A stretch of 64,000 nucleotides of DNA from Gemmatimonas sp. (GCA_965279375.1 OZ257156.1:4928001-4992000); one strand, 5' to 3'; counted from the stretch's first letter, positions 7,372 through 17,577 are shown. Numbers and translations are program-made. The notes: generated by a model not told the origin, from the sequence alone.

Positions 7372-10047
7372 CTAACGCTGGATTGCCGTCCCGCGCACTA
7401 CGCCTTCCACCACACGTGCCGGATCGAAGTAGTCGGCCGACACGGCAAGCACGTCCGCCGCGGTAACGGCGCGGATGCGCGACTCGAACTCGTGCACCTC
7501 GTGCAAGCCCGCGCCGAAGAGCCACGCGTCCACGAGGTCGCCGAGCACGCTTCCGCCTGACTGCTGTGCGATCTGATGCGTGCCGATGAGATAGCGTCGA
7601 GCGCGCTCCAGTTCCTCCTCGCTCGGCGGCGCCTCTCGCAGTTTCGCGAACTCCGCCAACAGACCGGTCCGCGCCTCATCTTCACGCGCGGGCGAGGTCG
7701 CGATGTACGCCGCGAACGATCCGCCGCGTTGACGCTCGATCGGAAACGCCGATACGGTGTAGGCGAGCGACTGCTTGTCACGCAGCTGTTCAAAGAACCG
7801 GCCACCGAGACCGCTTGCCACCGCGGACAGCACCTGTGTGGCAAAGCGCTGTGGGTCCTGTCGAGACGGCCCTGGAAAGAGCAGCGCGAGCGCCGTTTGC
7901 TGCTTCTCTCTGCTGTCGTCCGCGTGCAGCGCTTCGCCAGTCCACTCGACCAGGGGCACCTCTGCCGTCTCGCGCCACGTGAGCGCATCGAACTCGCGCG
8001 CGAGCATCGCGGCGGTCTCGTCCGGGTCCACATCGCCCACCACCGCGATCACCGACGTCGCGTTGAGCATATGCTGCTGGTGGAACGCCGCGACGGCGTC
8101 ACGATCGACGCGCGCCAGCGATGCCTCCGTGCCGACGACAGAGCGTGCGTATGGGTGCGCGCCGTATGCCGCCATCGTTGCCAGTCGCATCGGCCAGCGA
8201 TACATGTCGTCGCGCATGCGTCCGACTTCGGCGACGGCGAGTGCACGCTCGGTGTCCACACCGTCTGCCGGGAACGTCGGGTGCTGCAGCACGTCGGCCA
8301 GCAGTTCGGCGGCAACGTTCAGGTGTCGTACGGGAACCGAGAGCGACCAGCCGAGACTTTCGAGCGCTGCGCCCACGCCGATACTCGCCCCCAACTCTTC
8401 GGCCGCTTCGGCGATGCGTGCACCGCTGCGCTGCGTCGTTCCCTTGAGCGTCGTCTGTGCCGTCAGTCTCGCGAGCCCTTCAAGGCCGGCCGGTTCCAGC
8501 GTGCTGCCACCGCGCATGTACACACCGATGTTCGCGATCGGCGCACCGGGGCGAGTCAGAATGAGCATCGGTACGCCGCCGGCCGTGCGGTAGACATGCA
8601 CGCCGTCGGTCACCGACTCCGCAACCGGCGCCACCTGCACAGCGGTCGCGTTGAACGCCTCTACGGCCAACGGCGTCGGGACGTCGGGCGCGGGAAGCAC
8701 ACTGCTGCCGATGCCTTCCACGTCGCGAAGCAGTTGGCGCATCGCATCCGCGTCGGCAGCCAACGGCGCGCTCCCTTCAGGACGATACGACACCACCGAA
8801 GCCTGCGACGGATCGAGGTGTCGCTGCATCGCCGACTGCAGCGTGTCTGCCCGCATGGTCATCAATCGATCGTAGTAGCTGGTGGCGAGATCGAGCCCAC
8901 CCTCGGCCTCCCACGTCGCCAGATACGACGCCTGCCCGTCCATCGATTCGAGACGACGTAACCACCGCGCTTCACTGATGCGTTGCGCGCGCACGATTTC
9001 GCTCCGTCGAAAGCCCATGTCGCGTGCCGACTGCAGTTCGCGCCAGAGCTGCACCGACGCCTCTGCGGCGTGCTCCGATGGTGCTTCTGCGCCGGACACG
9101 AACACGCCCACGTCTCCCGCCGTGTAGTTCCACGCCGACACGCTGGTGGCCAACTGCCGCTCACGCACCGCGCGATAGAGGCGTGAGGCGCGTCCGGTGC
9201 CGAGCGCGACGCCACACAGATCGAGGGCTGCGCTATCAGGATGCGTGATGTCGGGCGCGCGCCAGCCGAACGCCAGCTGCTGCTGTGCGATGTCACCGCT
9301 CCAGTCGCGCAGCCGAAAGCCCGGCGCTGTCGTCTCGACGGGCCCCTTCGCGCGCGGCACGGTGCCCGCTTCGAGTTGGCCATGACGCGCCATCACCTCG
9401 CGGCGCATCACATCCACGTCCACATCCCCCACGATGGCGAGAATCGTGTTGGAGGGCCGATACCAGGTGCGATAGAACGACATCAACTGATCGCGTGTCA
9501 GCGCGCGCAGCGCGTCCTCTTCACCAATGCGCCAGCGCCGGATGCGATGCGCATCATGCAGCAGCGCGTACAGCGACTCAATCGCGACTGCGTGCGGTGA
9601 ATCGCGCTTGCGCTTGGCCTCCTGAATGATGACTTCGAGTTCGCGCGCGAGTTCGTCTGCATCGATGACGGAGTTCGCGAACGCGTCGAACTGAATCTCG
9701 AGCCCCTGCAGGAACGCCGCCGACGGCAGCACCGTGAAGTAGCTGGTGTGATCATAGATCGTGTGCGCGTTGAGGTAGCCACCGTTGGCCTTCGTTTCGC
9801 GCGCGATCTGTCCAACGCTCCTCGTCGGCGTGCCTTTGAAGAACATGTGCTCGAGCACGTGGGCGATCCCGACAATGTCATCGCTCTCGTCGAAGTAGCC
9901 GGCCTTCACATGTGTGGTGATGGCCACCACGGGCGCGGAGCGATCGCGGCGCATCAGCAGCGTGAGGCCGTTGGGCAGCACTTCGCGGATCGTATCTTCG
10001 TGCAACGCCAGCGCATCGCGCGTGCGGGTGGTCGCGCTGCTGCTCAT
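7372..10047 (-). CDS. M16 family zinc metallopeptidase (pitrilysin-like)
   Basis: GIAHVLEHMFFKGT (HxxEH), NAHTIYDHTSY, duplicated architecture with RLYRAVRE and RFFEQLRDKQSLAY. Confidence 0.95.
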   Translation of the reverse strand: MSSSATTRTRDALALHEDTIREVLPNGLTLLMRRDRSAPVVAITTHVKAGYFDESDDIVGIAHVLEHMFFKGTPTRSVGQIARETKANGGYLNAHTIYDHTSYFTVLPSAAFLQGLEIQFDAFANSVIDADELARELEVIIQEAKRKRDSPHAVAIESLYALLHDAHRIRRWRIGEEDALRALTRDQLMSFYRTWYRPSNTILAIVGDVDVDVMRREVMARHGQLEAGTVPRAKGPVETTAPGFRLRDWSGDIAQQQLAFGWRAPDITHPDSAALDLCGVALGTGRASRLYRAVRERQLATSVSAWNYTAGDVGVFVSGAEAPSEHAAEASVQLWRELQSARDMGFRRSEIVRAQRISEARWLRRLESMDGQASYLATWEAEGGLDLATSYYDRLMTMRADTLQSAMQRHLDPSQASVVSYRPEGSAPLAADADAMRQLLRDVEGIGSSVLPAPDVPTPLAVEAFNATAVQVAPVAESVTDGVHVYRTAGGVPMLILTRPGAPIANIGVYMRGGSTLEPAGLEGLARLTAQTTLKGTTQRSGARIAEAAEELGASIGVGAALESLGWSLSVPVRHLNVAAELLADVLQHPTFPADGVDTERALAVAEVGRMRDDMYRWPMRLATMAAYGAHPYARSVVGTEASLARVDRDAVAAFHQQHMLNATSVIAVVGDVDPDETAAMLAREFDALTWRETAEVPLVEWTGEALHADDSREKQQTALALLFPGPSRQDPQRFATQVLSAVASGLGGRFFEQLRDKQSLAYTVSAFPIERQRGGSFAAYIATSPAREDEARTGLLAEFAKLREAPPSEEELERARRYLIGTHQIAQQSGGSVLGDLVDAWLFGAGLHEVHEFESRIRAVTAADVLAVSADYFDPARVVEGVVRGTAIQR

Positions 10048-11141
10048 GGTCGTGGCGGTTCGGAAGGTGTAGTGACAGAAGTCTTGGCCGTCGGCGCGGG
10101 CGCGTTCACACAGGGTTCCCAGTCTCCGGGCCCCGCGCGGTCGGTCCAGCGCTTCGCTTCGTCGGGACGTCCGAGTCGATGCAGCGCGCAGCCCAGAAAG
10201 CCTTGTGCGAGCCGGTCGCTCGGATCGAGCTGCAATGCACGCACGTAAAATCGGCGCGCCACTTCCGGATTCCCGTCGGCCAGTAACACCGAGGCGAGTT
10301 CGCGATTGGCGAGTGCGCTACTTGGCGAGATGCGAATCGCCGCATCAAGGAATCGTCGCGCCGTCGGCAGATTGCCTTCCTCGCGTGCCAGACGTCCGAG
10401 AAACATCAGTGCCCGTTCGTCGTTGGGTACAGCGCGCGCGGCCTTGGCGAAACTTTGGCGTGCCACCTCGCGCGCGCCACGCTGATACGCAGCCACGCCC
10501 TCGTCGAAGTCGCTCGACGATGCGCCACGATTGGCGTACCACGCGCCCGCGCTGCCGAGCAGCACCACCGCGATGACAGCGAGAATGAACCCGGGCGACC
10601 CGACAAAGCGCCGCCGTTGCGGCGGCGTGGCGATCTGCTCGAGCAGCGGCGTGTTCCGTGTCGCACTCGGACGCGGGCCGGGAATCTGTTGGCTCTCGAG
10701 TTTGTAGGGCAGCTGAGGGGCAGGCGGCTCTTCGCGCGGCAGCGGAAACGGGTCGAGCGGCGGCTTCGTCGGATCCGCCGTGATCACCGCCGATTCAAGC
10801 GCGCGCAGTGCGTTGCGCAGCGCAGTCGCCACGTTGGAACCCGCGTTGTCACCAACGTCATCGGCCGCCTGCGCGCGTTCGGCGACCGCATGGAGCTCGA
10901 TGAGCCAGTGCGCCTCGACCAGCGAGAGTCGTTCCACGCGACGCGCCTCTCCGACGAGCGACTGCCCATGGAGCTCGGAGCGGCCCGTGAGCGCATGCAG
11001 CACACCTTCGGCGGCATCCCACGCGCTGGCGACACGTACATCCAGCACGCCGGGCGACGGCGACCCTTCGGTGACACGGCCGAAGACGACTCGCGCCGCT
11101 TCGAGCGCGGCGCGAGAGACGGTCGGATCCGGGGCGCTCAT
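10044..11141 (-). CDS. Membrane-anchored tetratricopeptide-repeat protein
   Basis: Pro-rich linker, one TM (FILAVIAVVLLG), C-terminal TPRs; ATGA overlap with the M16 gene. Confidence 0.82.
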   Translation of the reverse strand: MSAPDPTVSRAALEAARVVFGRVTEGSPSPGVLDVRVASAWDAAEGVLHALTGRSELHGQSLVGEARRVERLSLVEAHWLIELHAVAERAQAADDVGDNAGSNVATALRNALRALESAVITADPTKPPLDPFPLPREEPPAPQLPYKLESQQIPGPRPSATRNTPLLEQIATPPQRRRFVGSPGFILAVIAVVLLGSAGAWYANRGASSSDFDEGVAAYQRGAREVARQSFAKAARAVPNDERALMFLGRLAREEGNLPTARRFLDAAIRISPSSALANRELASVLLADGNPEVARRFYVRALQLDPSDRLAQGFLGCALHRLGRPDEAKRWTDRAGPGDWEPCVNAPAPTAKTSVTTPSEPPRP

Positions 11142-11209
11142 GCGCGCCTCATCGGTCGCATATCATGCGACGTTCGCTGCCGGGCATTCGGCTGATGCCG
11201 GACGCCGCA

Positions 11210-12355
11210 TCACCGCACGATGCGCAGCAGGCCGGCATCCGCGCTCCCGCGAATGAATGCTTCCGGCGCGTGTGCCGCGATCCGCATCCCGGTTGCGCCG
11301 TAGTAGAGCCGAGCTTCGGCGGCCATGAACTGATCCAACGGACGACCCGCGTCTCGCGCGTCGCGCAGCGCCTGGACGATCTCCTCCCAGCTTCCCTCGA
11401 ACGTGCCACCGTCGCGCGTGATCACGCGATGCGGTCCGTCGGCGGCGATCGTGTCGGCCACGGCCGTCTCGGCTTGCTGCTGCTGGGCAAGCCCAGTCAG
11501 CAGCGTGCCCAGCGTCTCCAGCTGCGACTGCGCTTGCGTCAGCTGCGCGTGCTCCTGCTCGGCGAAGCTCTGCTCCACCTCGGCCAGCAACTCCTCGATC
11601 GCGTCCGGTTCACCGGAGAGTTCCGCGAGGCGCGCCTCCCACGGCTTGAGCTCCGGGTCGTCCTCGCCCAAGCGATACACGGACTTCTTGAGCTCCATCA
11701 GTCGCCAGATGCCGAGTTCGTCCCAGTGATCTTCGGGCGTCGTCCTGTCGAATTCCGCGACGGCCGCGTCGAGATCGCCAGCATCATAGAGCAGATTGGC
11801 GAGATAGACGCGTGCCTCGCTGAACTCCTGGTCGAGCACGAGCGCACGTTGCAGCGCAGTAATGGCGAGGGCGTCGTTGCCCAAGCGGTGCTGCGCGTAG
11901 CCGACGCAGGCGACCGCTTCCGAGGACTCCTCAGATTGCGCAACCGCGCGCTCGAAGAAGGTGAGCGCCTGATCCACGTAGCCTTCGCGGAAGAGCGCGC
12001 GACCGATCTGCAGCATCAGATCAACATCGTCCTCGTAGCCCAACTCGATCGTGCGGTCGAACGCACGCATACCCTTCTCGACCTCACCGACCTTGAGCAG
12101 CACCTCGCCGATGCCGGCGAGCGCGTCTTCGTGCTCGGCGTCCAGGACGAGCGCTTCCTCGAAGCTGCGGCGCGCCCACGCGAACTCCTCGCGCGCTAGC
12201 CGTGCGTAGCCGAACCCCACGTGCAGTTCCACCGCTGCCGGATAGAGCGTCAGCCCCTCGCGAAGCATGTCGAGCGCCTCATCGTACTGCCCCTCGTTGT
12301 AGAGGGCGTGGGCGCGCTCGTCGTATTCCTCGGAACTCAGGAACGGAGTGGACAT
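11210..12355 (-). CDS. Tetratricopeptide-repeat protein with uncharacterised C-terminal domain
   Basis: Start MSTPFLSSEEY after GGAGGA RBS; about 5-6 TPRs. The longer ORF in the track overlaps psuG and its extension is spurious. Confidence 0.88.
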   Translation of the reverse strand: MSTPFLSSEEYDERAHALYNEGQYDEALDMLREGLTLYPAAVELHVGFGYARLAREEFAWARRSFEEALVLDAEHEDALAGIGEVLLKVGEVEKGMRAFDRTIELGYEDDVDLMLQIGRALFREGYVDQALTFFERAVAQSEESSEAVACVGYAQHRLGNDALAITALQRALVLDQEFSEARVYLANLLYDAGDLDAAVAEFDRTTPEDHWDELGIWRLMELKKSVYRLGEDDPELKPWEARLAELSGEPDAIEELLAEVEQSFAEQEHAQLTQAQSQLETLGTLLTGLAQQQQAETAVADTIAADGPHRVITRDGGTFEGSWEEIVQALRDARDAGRPLDQFMAAEARLYYGATGMRIAAHAPEAFIRGSADAGLLRIVR

Positions 12356-12488
12356 CTTCTGGCGATCCTCCGAAGCGGGCGGGTTACCGGATAGTACCGT
12401 GCGCAACGTGCGGTGTTCAACGCAAACGTACAGCGACAGCGAGCAAGCATGAGAACGAGCAACGACAACTGCGAACAGCGAGCGAACG

Positions 12489-13448
12489 TCAGCTACTACC
12501 CCTGAGAGGTCGTTCTGTCGCGCCGGCGGCCGCGCGAATTTCGGACAGCGCCACCGCGATTTCACCAGCGAGCGCCGCATTCGCTTCGAGCAGCGCCAGA
12601 TTGGCCTGCACCGAGGCGCCGTTCGTGCGTTGCTGCACGTCCGCGAGAAGAAACGGCGTGACCGCTGCCCCCCGAATACCGGCGCGCGACGCGTGCGCGA
12701 GCGCGTCGCGCGTGGCGGCTTCCACCAAGGCGGCGTCGAGCGCGGCGTGCGCGGGAGGCGACTGAACCACCAGCATCGCTCCCGGACGTTTGAGCGCCCG
12801 GTGCGCGAGCCACGTTCGTGCCAACTGCGCCGGACTGTCCGCGCGCGCCGAGAGGGCGAGCCCTGTGGTGGTGGTGAAGAAGCCGGGCAACTCGCTCGTC
12901 CGATAGCCAACCACCAACACGCCGAGCGTCTCCAGCCGTTCGAGCGTCGCCGGCAGATCGAGAATGGACTTGGCGCCCGCGCACACCACGATGGCCGACG
13001 TGCGGGCCAACTCGACCAGATCCGCCGATTCGTCGAAGGGCGCATCGCGATGCACTCCGCCGATGCCGCCGGTCGCGAAGACTTCGATGCCGGCGAGCGC
13101 ACAGAGCGCGAGCGTGGCGGCAACGGTCGTGGCGCCATCAGCGCCGTCGGCCATGGCCATCGACAGATCGCGCGACGACACCTTGCGTACGCCGTCGCGC
13201 GCGAGGAACCGCTCGAGGTCCGCGTCGGCGAGTCCGAGCGACGGCACGCCTTGAACGATCGCGGTGACCGCCGGCGTCGCCCCCGCCTGCTCGACGGCGC
13301 GAAGCATCAACTCGGCCGCGGTTCGGTTGAAGGGCGGCAGCAGCCCCTGCGCCAGCACCGAGCTTTCCAGAGCGACGACAGCGCCGCCGCGCTCAAGCGC
13401 GGCCTCGATGGCTGCGGTGCATCGCAACGACAGGGGAGCAGTGGCCAC
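12489..13448 (-). CDS. psuG: Pseudouridine-5'-phosphate glycosidase
   Basis: VVALESS, KVSSRDL, GATTVAAT, FATGGIGGVHR, DESADL, CAGAKSILDLPATLERLET, VTPFLL. Confidence 0.95.
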   Translation of the reverse strand: MATAPLSLRCTAAIEAALERGGAVVALESSVLAQGLLPPFNRTAAELMLRAVEQAGATPAVTAIVQGVPSLGLADADLERFLARDGVRKVSSRDLSMAMADGADGATTVAATLALCALAGIEVFATGGIGGVHRDAPFDESADLVELARTSAIVVCAGAKSILDLPATLERLETLGVLVVGYRTSELPGFFTTTTGLALSARADSPAQLARTWLAHRALKRPGAMLVVQSPPAHAALDAALVEAATRDALAHASRAGIRGAAVTPFLLADVQQRTNGASVQANLALLEANAALAGEIAVALSEIRAAAGATERPLRGSS

Positions 13449-13528
13449 ACGCCGATTGTACAGCACGCACCGTTTGCCTGCAACCACTAAGCACGACTCG
13501 ATTCAGCAACAACGGGACACCACGCAAG

Positions 13529-13556
13529 ACGGCGCATCGTTCGCACGATGCGCCGT
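13529..13556 (-). terminator. Stem-loop terminator downstream of the 13579-13824 gene
   Basis: Perfect 12-bp stem ACGGCGCATCGT / ACGATGCGCCGT with a GCGA (GNRA) loop on the minus strand. Confidence 0.65.
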
Positions 13557-13578
13557 TGGTTTACCTCGAGCGCGCCAA

Positions 13579-13824
13579 TCAGGCGACTGCGTCGTCGAAC
13601 GCGTCGCTCTTCTTCGACTCCACCAACTCCCAGTCCTTCGACGTCGGGTCGTACACGGCCATGACCTTGATCGTCTCGCCGGACCACACGTCGAACACCT
13701 TGCCGGTGTTCTGATAGATCTTGATCTCGTGGCCATCTTCAAACTTGAGGATGATCAGCGGGTACGCGGTGTTGCTGTACTGCTTGCGAAGCTTCTTCGG
13801 TGGGTGGTTCGTCGGCGCGTTCAT
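13579..13824 (-). CDS. Small hypothetical beta-rich protein (81 aa)
   Basis: MNAPTNHPPKK...; strong C/G third-position bias, GAGAGA upstream, followed by a terminator. Confidence 0.8.
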   Translation of the reverse strand: MNAPTNHPPKKLRKQYSNTAYPLIILKFEDGHEIKIYQNTGKVFDVWSGETIKVMAVYDPTSKDWELVESKKSDAFDDAVA

Positions 13825-13917
13825 ACGTCTCTCGGTCAGGGGTCGAGAAGGATCTGACGCAAATTGGCGCGTCGATGGCCGCCTTGGCAACGGCGGAGTG
13901 CGCCATCGCTCTTCCGC

Positions 13918-13933
13918 GGGCACAATCGTTGCA
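13918..13933 (+). promoter_or_regulatory. Sigma54 (-24/-12) promoter candidate
   Basis: GGGCACAATCGTTGCA = GG-N10-GC, close to TGGCAC-N5-TTGCW, about 45 nt upstream of ATG 13977. Confidence 0.65.
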
Positions 13934-13976
13934 CCAGCAGCGCAGGGAACGCTCACCTGAACCGCTGGAGTACACC

Positions 13977-14396
13977 ATGCGCCACCTCGCTGTCGTCCGT
14001 CGCGCCGCCACCGTCCTGTTCGTCGGCTCGCTCGCCATCCCCTCGACCGGCGCTGCCCAACGCTCCGTCACGCCCGCCGACGCGCCACCGGTCGCCACGC
14101 AGTTGCCTCAGCCGATCGGGGAGCCGTCGGTCGTCAGCGCGGCGACCACCGTCCCTGCCGCCCCCTTGGGCACGCAGCCCCGTGGCGTCGCCCTGACGCG
14201 CCAGCACGCCGTTGCCGACTCGACCACGCCGCCGCCAGCCCCTGCGGATACTGAACACGGCAACACGGTGCTCATGCTGGCCGGCGCTGCCACGATCGTG
14301 GTCGGAGCGATCGTCGGCGGAGACGGTGGCACCATCCTCGTCATCGGCGGCGCCGTACTCGGCATGTTCGGGCTCTTCCGGTATCTGACCCACTGA
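13977..14396 (+). CDS. Hypothetical exported/membrane protein
   Basis: GGAG RBS, signal-peptide-like N-terminus, Pro/Ala/Thr linker, C-terminal Gly-rich hydrophobic hairpin. Confidence 0.75.
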   Translation: MRHLAVVRRAATVLFVGSLAIPSTGAAQRSVTPADAPPVATQLPQPIGEPSVVSAATTVPAAPLGTQPRGVALTRQHAVADSTTPPPAPADTEHGNTVLMLAGAATIVVGAIVGGDGGTILVIGGAVLGMFGLFRYLTH

Positions 14397-14406
14397 TCCA
14401 TGTCGA

Positions 14407-14444
14407 CCGGCGCAGTACGACGAGAACCGTCGTCGCTGCGCCGG
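14407..14444. terminator. Hairpin between convergent genes
   Basis: CCGGCGCAG..ACGACG-loop-CGTCGT..CTGCGCCGG. Confidence 0.6.
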
Positions 14445-14454
14445 CTCGTGCGAC

Positions 14455-17400
14455 TCAGGCGCTGATCACGGGCGCCGTGCGCGCGACTTGCCCCGCCTTC
14501 TTGACTGCCCGCAGTCGATCGTTGCGCTCTTCCATGGCGCGGTAGAGCACCGGGAGGACGAACAACGTCAGCAGCGTGCTGGTGATCAGCCCGCCGATCA
14601 CCACGCTCGCGAGCGGACGCTGCACCTCGCTGCCGGGGCTCGTGGACAACGCCATCGGCACGAAACCCAGACTGGCCACCAACGCCGTCATCAACACAGG
14701 GCGCAGTCGATCGGCGGCGCCGCGCTTGACGCGGGCGAGCACGTCGTGCCCGTTGTGCTCGTCATCGCGCAAGTGATTCAGATGCTCCAGCAAGACGACG
14801 CCGTTGAGCACCGCAATGCCAAAGAGCGCAATGAATCCAACACTCGCCGACAGGTTGAGATTGAGCCCGCGCACCCAGAGCGCCGCAATGCCGCCCACCA
14901 ACGCGAACGGCACGTTGGAGAGCACGAGCAACGCCTGCGGGATCGAACGGAACGACAGATACAGCAACCCGAGAATCAGCAGAAGCGCGGCCGGCACGAC
15001 GAGCGCGAGGCGACCCATCGCGCGCTGTTGATTCTCGTACTGCCCACCCCACTCGAGAAACACACCGCTCGGGATCGTGACCTCGCGTCCGATGCGCGCG
15101 CGCACTTCTTCCACGAAGCTGCCCAGATCGCGACCGCGCACGTTGCTCAACACGAGCGAACGCCGCTGGGCGTCCTCATGACCGATCAGCTCCGGTCCCG
15201 TAGTGGTGCTGACATCCGCCACGGCGGAAAGCGGAATCACCTCGCCGCCGGGCGCGCGCAACGTGAGCGTCGCAATCGACGCCGCATCACGACGCGACGC
15301 CGCAGGCATACGCACCACGATCGCCACGCGACGGAAGCCGTCGATCCATTCCGCGCTCGTCTGCGAGCCCATCGCCAGCTCGATCGCGTCGCGCACGTCG
15401 GCCACCGACAGTCCGTACTGCGCCAACGCCTCGCGCCGCACTTGCATGCGCACCTGACCCGTGCCTTCGGCGATTTCTACACCCACATCCGCTGATCCCG
15501 GCACCGACGCGACCAGTCGGCTCAACCGATCGGCCAGCGCCTGATTCTGCTGCAAGTCCGGCCCGACGACTTTGATGCCCAGGTCCGTCTTGATGCCACT
15601 CTCCGCTTCGTCGAGGCGCATGGCGAGCGGCTGTGTAAACGAAATCCAGAGCCCCGGAACCTGTGTGAGCGCCGAGTCGAACGCCGCGATCAGTCCCTCG
15701 CGATCGTGCGCGGTCGTCCACTCATCGCGCTCCTTGAGAATGACGTACATGTCGCCTTCGAACAGCCCCATCGCTTCGGTCGCGAGATCGGGACGTCCCT
15801 CTTTCGTCACGACGGTGATGACTTCGGGAAAGCGCTTGATGATGCGCTCCGCCGCCGTCGACAGCTTGGTCGCGTCTTCCAGAGCAACGCTCGGCAGACG
15901 ACGCGTGGTGATCAGAATGGATCCTTCGTCGAGCTTGGGCATGAACTCCGTCCCAATTCGCGTCATCGAGGCGACCGCAATCACGACCAACGCCACCGCC
16001 ACCGCGATGACCTTTCGCGGCTGCTCGAGCACCTGCGCCAGCAGCTTGGAGTAGCTCGCCGTCAGCTTGAGCAACCACGGCGCCGGCGTCGCGTTGCCGC
16101 TGCGCAGGGCCCACGCGGAGACCGCCGGTACGTACGTCAGCGCCAACAGCAGCGAGCCCAACACCGCGCAAACCACAGTGAACGCCATCGGCTTGAACAT
16201 GCGTCCTTCCATCCCGTCGAGCGTGAAGATCGGGATGTATACGGCGACGATGATCGCAATGCCGAAGAGAATCGGACGACCGACTTCGACGGCCGCATTC
16301 TCGAACATGTTCAGTCGATGCGTGTCCTTCTGATGTTCAATGCGCCGAATGAAGCCCTCGATCATCACGATCGATGCATCGACGATGAGACCAAAGTCGA
16401 GTGCGCCGAGGCTCATGAGGTTGGCCGAATAGCCGAAGATCGCCATGCCGGAGAAGGCGACCAGCATCGACAGCGGAATGACCGACGCGACGATCAGTGC
16501 CGCGCGCACGTTCCGCAGGAAGAGGAACAGCACGGCGATCACGAGGATGCCGCCCTCGATCAGGTTCTTCACGACCGTGTGTGTCGTCCGATCGACGAGA
16601 TCGGTCTGATCGTAGAACGGTACGAGCGCGACGCTCTTGGGCAACGACTTGCGGATCTCCTCGATGCGCGCCTTCACATCCACAATCACGCGCTTGGAGT
16701 CGGCACCCTGCAGCTTGAGTACCATGCCGCTCACGACTTCACCCTTGCCGTCCTTGGTAACGGCTCCATTTCGTGGCAACGCGCCGAGCGAGACGGTAGC
16801 CACATCGGCGATGCGCACGGGCGCGCCGCCGGTGGACGCGATCACGATGCGCGAGATGTCCGCCACGGAATCCACACGTCCGAGTCCGCGCAGCGTGTAC
16901 CGCTCGCCGCCCTGCTCGAGATAGCTGCCGCCAAAGGCGAGTGAATTGCGCGCCAAGGCGTTGTTCACGTCGGTGAGCGTGAGACGGCGCGCCGCGAGGC
17001 GCACCGGATCTACCGTGACTTCCACGCGCTCCGTCAGGCCGCCCCACGAATTCACTTCAGAGACGCCGGGTACGGTGCGCAGTCGCGGCCGCACAGTGTA
17101 ATCGTGCAGCGTCTTGAGCTGTGTCGCCGAGAGCGAATCGCTGTACAGCACGTACTGATAGAGCTCGCCCATCGGTGTGGAGACAGGCCCCAGCGAGGGC
17201 TCGATACCTGGTGGCAAGCTGCCCTTGGCATCGCTCAATCGCTGCTGCACGAGCTGTCGCGCGAAGTACACGTCCGTGCCGTCGGGGAACGGCACGGTGA
17301 TCAACGACAGACCGAACTTGGACACCGAACGCACCGACTGTGCGCCGGGCACACCCATCAGCGTCGACTCGATCGGATACGTCACCAGGCGCTCGACATC

Positions 17401-17574
17401 TTCGGGCGGCATGCCCGGCGCAACGGTGATGACTTCCACTCGCGTGCCGGTGAGATCGGGGAACGCGTCGAACGGAATGGATTGCAACGCGTAGAGACCT
17501 GCCGCGACGAGCGCCAACACGCCCATCATGACGAAGCCCTTCCGGTGCAGCGCGAAGTGTAGCAGTGCGCGCAT
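14455..17574 (-). CDS. czcA: Heavy-metal efflux RND permease, CzcA/CusA family
   Basis: DAFPDL, VERLVTYPIE, LGALDFGLIVDASIVMIE, EFMPKLDEGS, RLRPVLMTA, GSEVQRPLA. Confidence 0.9.
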   Translation of the reverse strand: MRALLHFALHRKGFVMMGVLALVAAGLYALQSIPFDAFPDLTGTRVEVITVAPGMPPEDVERLVTYPIESTLMGVPGAQSVRSVSKFGLSLITVPFPDGTDVYFARQLVQQRLSDAKGSLPPGIEPSLGPVSTPMGELYQYVLYSDSLSATQLKTLHDYTVRPRLRTVPGVSEVNSWGGLTERVEVTVDPVRLAARRLTLTDVNNALARNSLAFGGSYLEQGGERYTLRGLGRVDSVADISRIVIASTGGAPVRIADVATVSLGALPRNGAVTKDGKGEVVSGMVLKLQGADSKRVIVDVKARIEEIRKSLPKSVALVPFYDQTDLVDRTTHTVVKNLIEGGILVIAVLFLFLRNVRAALIVASVIPLSMLVAFSGMAIFGYSANLMSLGALDFGLIVDASIVMIEGFIRRIEHQKDTHRLNMFENAAVEVGRPILFGIAIIVAVYIPIFTLDGMEGRMFKPMAFTVVCAVLGSLLLALTYVPAVSAWALRSGNATPAPWLLKLTASYSKLLAQVLEQPRKVIAVAVALVVIAVASMTRIGTEFMPKLDEGSILITTRRLPSVALEDATKLSTAAERIIKRFPEVITVVTKEGRPDLATEAMGLFEGDMYVILKERDEWTTAHDREGLIAAFDSALTQVPGLWISFTQPLAMRLDEAESGIKTDLGIKVVGPDLQQNQALADRLSRLVASVPGSADVGVEIAEGTGQVRMQVRREALAQYGLSVADVRDAIELAMGSQTSAEWIDGFRRVAIVVRMPAASRRDAASIATLTLRAPGGEVIPLSAVADVSTTTGPELIGHEDAQRRSLVLSNVRGRDLGSFVEEVRARIGREVTIPSGVFLEWGGQYENQQRAMGRLALVVPAALLLILGLLYLSFRSIPQALLVLSNVPFALVGGIAALWVRGLNLNLSASVGFIALFGIAVLNGVVLLEHLNHLRDDEHNGHDVLARVKRGAADRLRPVLMTALVASLGFVPMALSTSPGSEVQRPLASVVIGGLITSTLLTLFVLPVLYRAMEERNDRLRAVKKAGQVARTAPVISA

Positions 17575-17577
17575 CCG

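Noticed and set aside
8600..8720. Missing HxxEH in the second half of the M16 peptidase and a Pro-rich linker
   Set aside because: Normal for fused M16 peptidases, where the C-terminal half is non-catalytic
12356..13138. Extension of the TPR ORF to 642 aa
   Set aside because: Overlaps psuG in another frame; RBS and ATG at 12355 mark the real start
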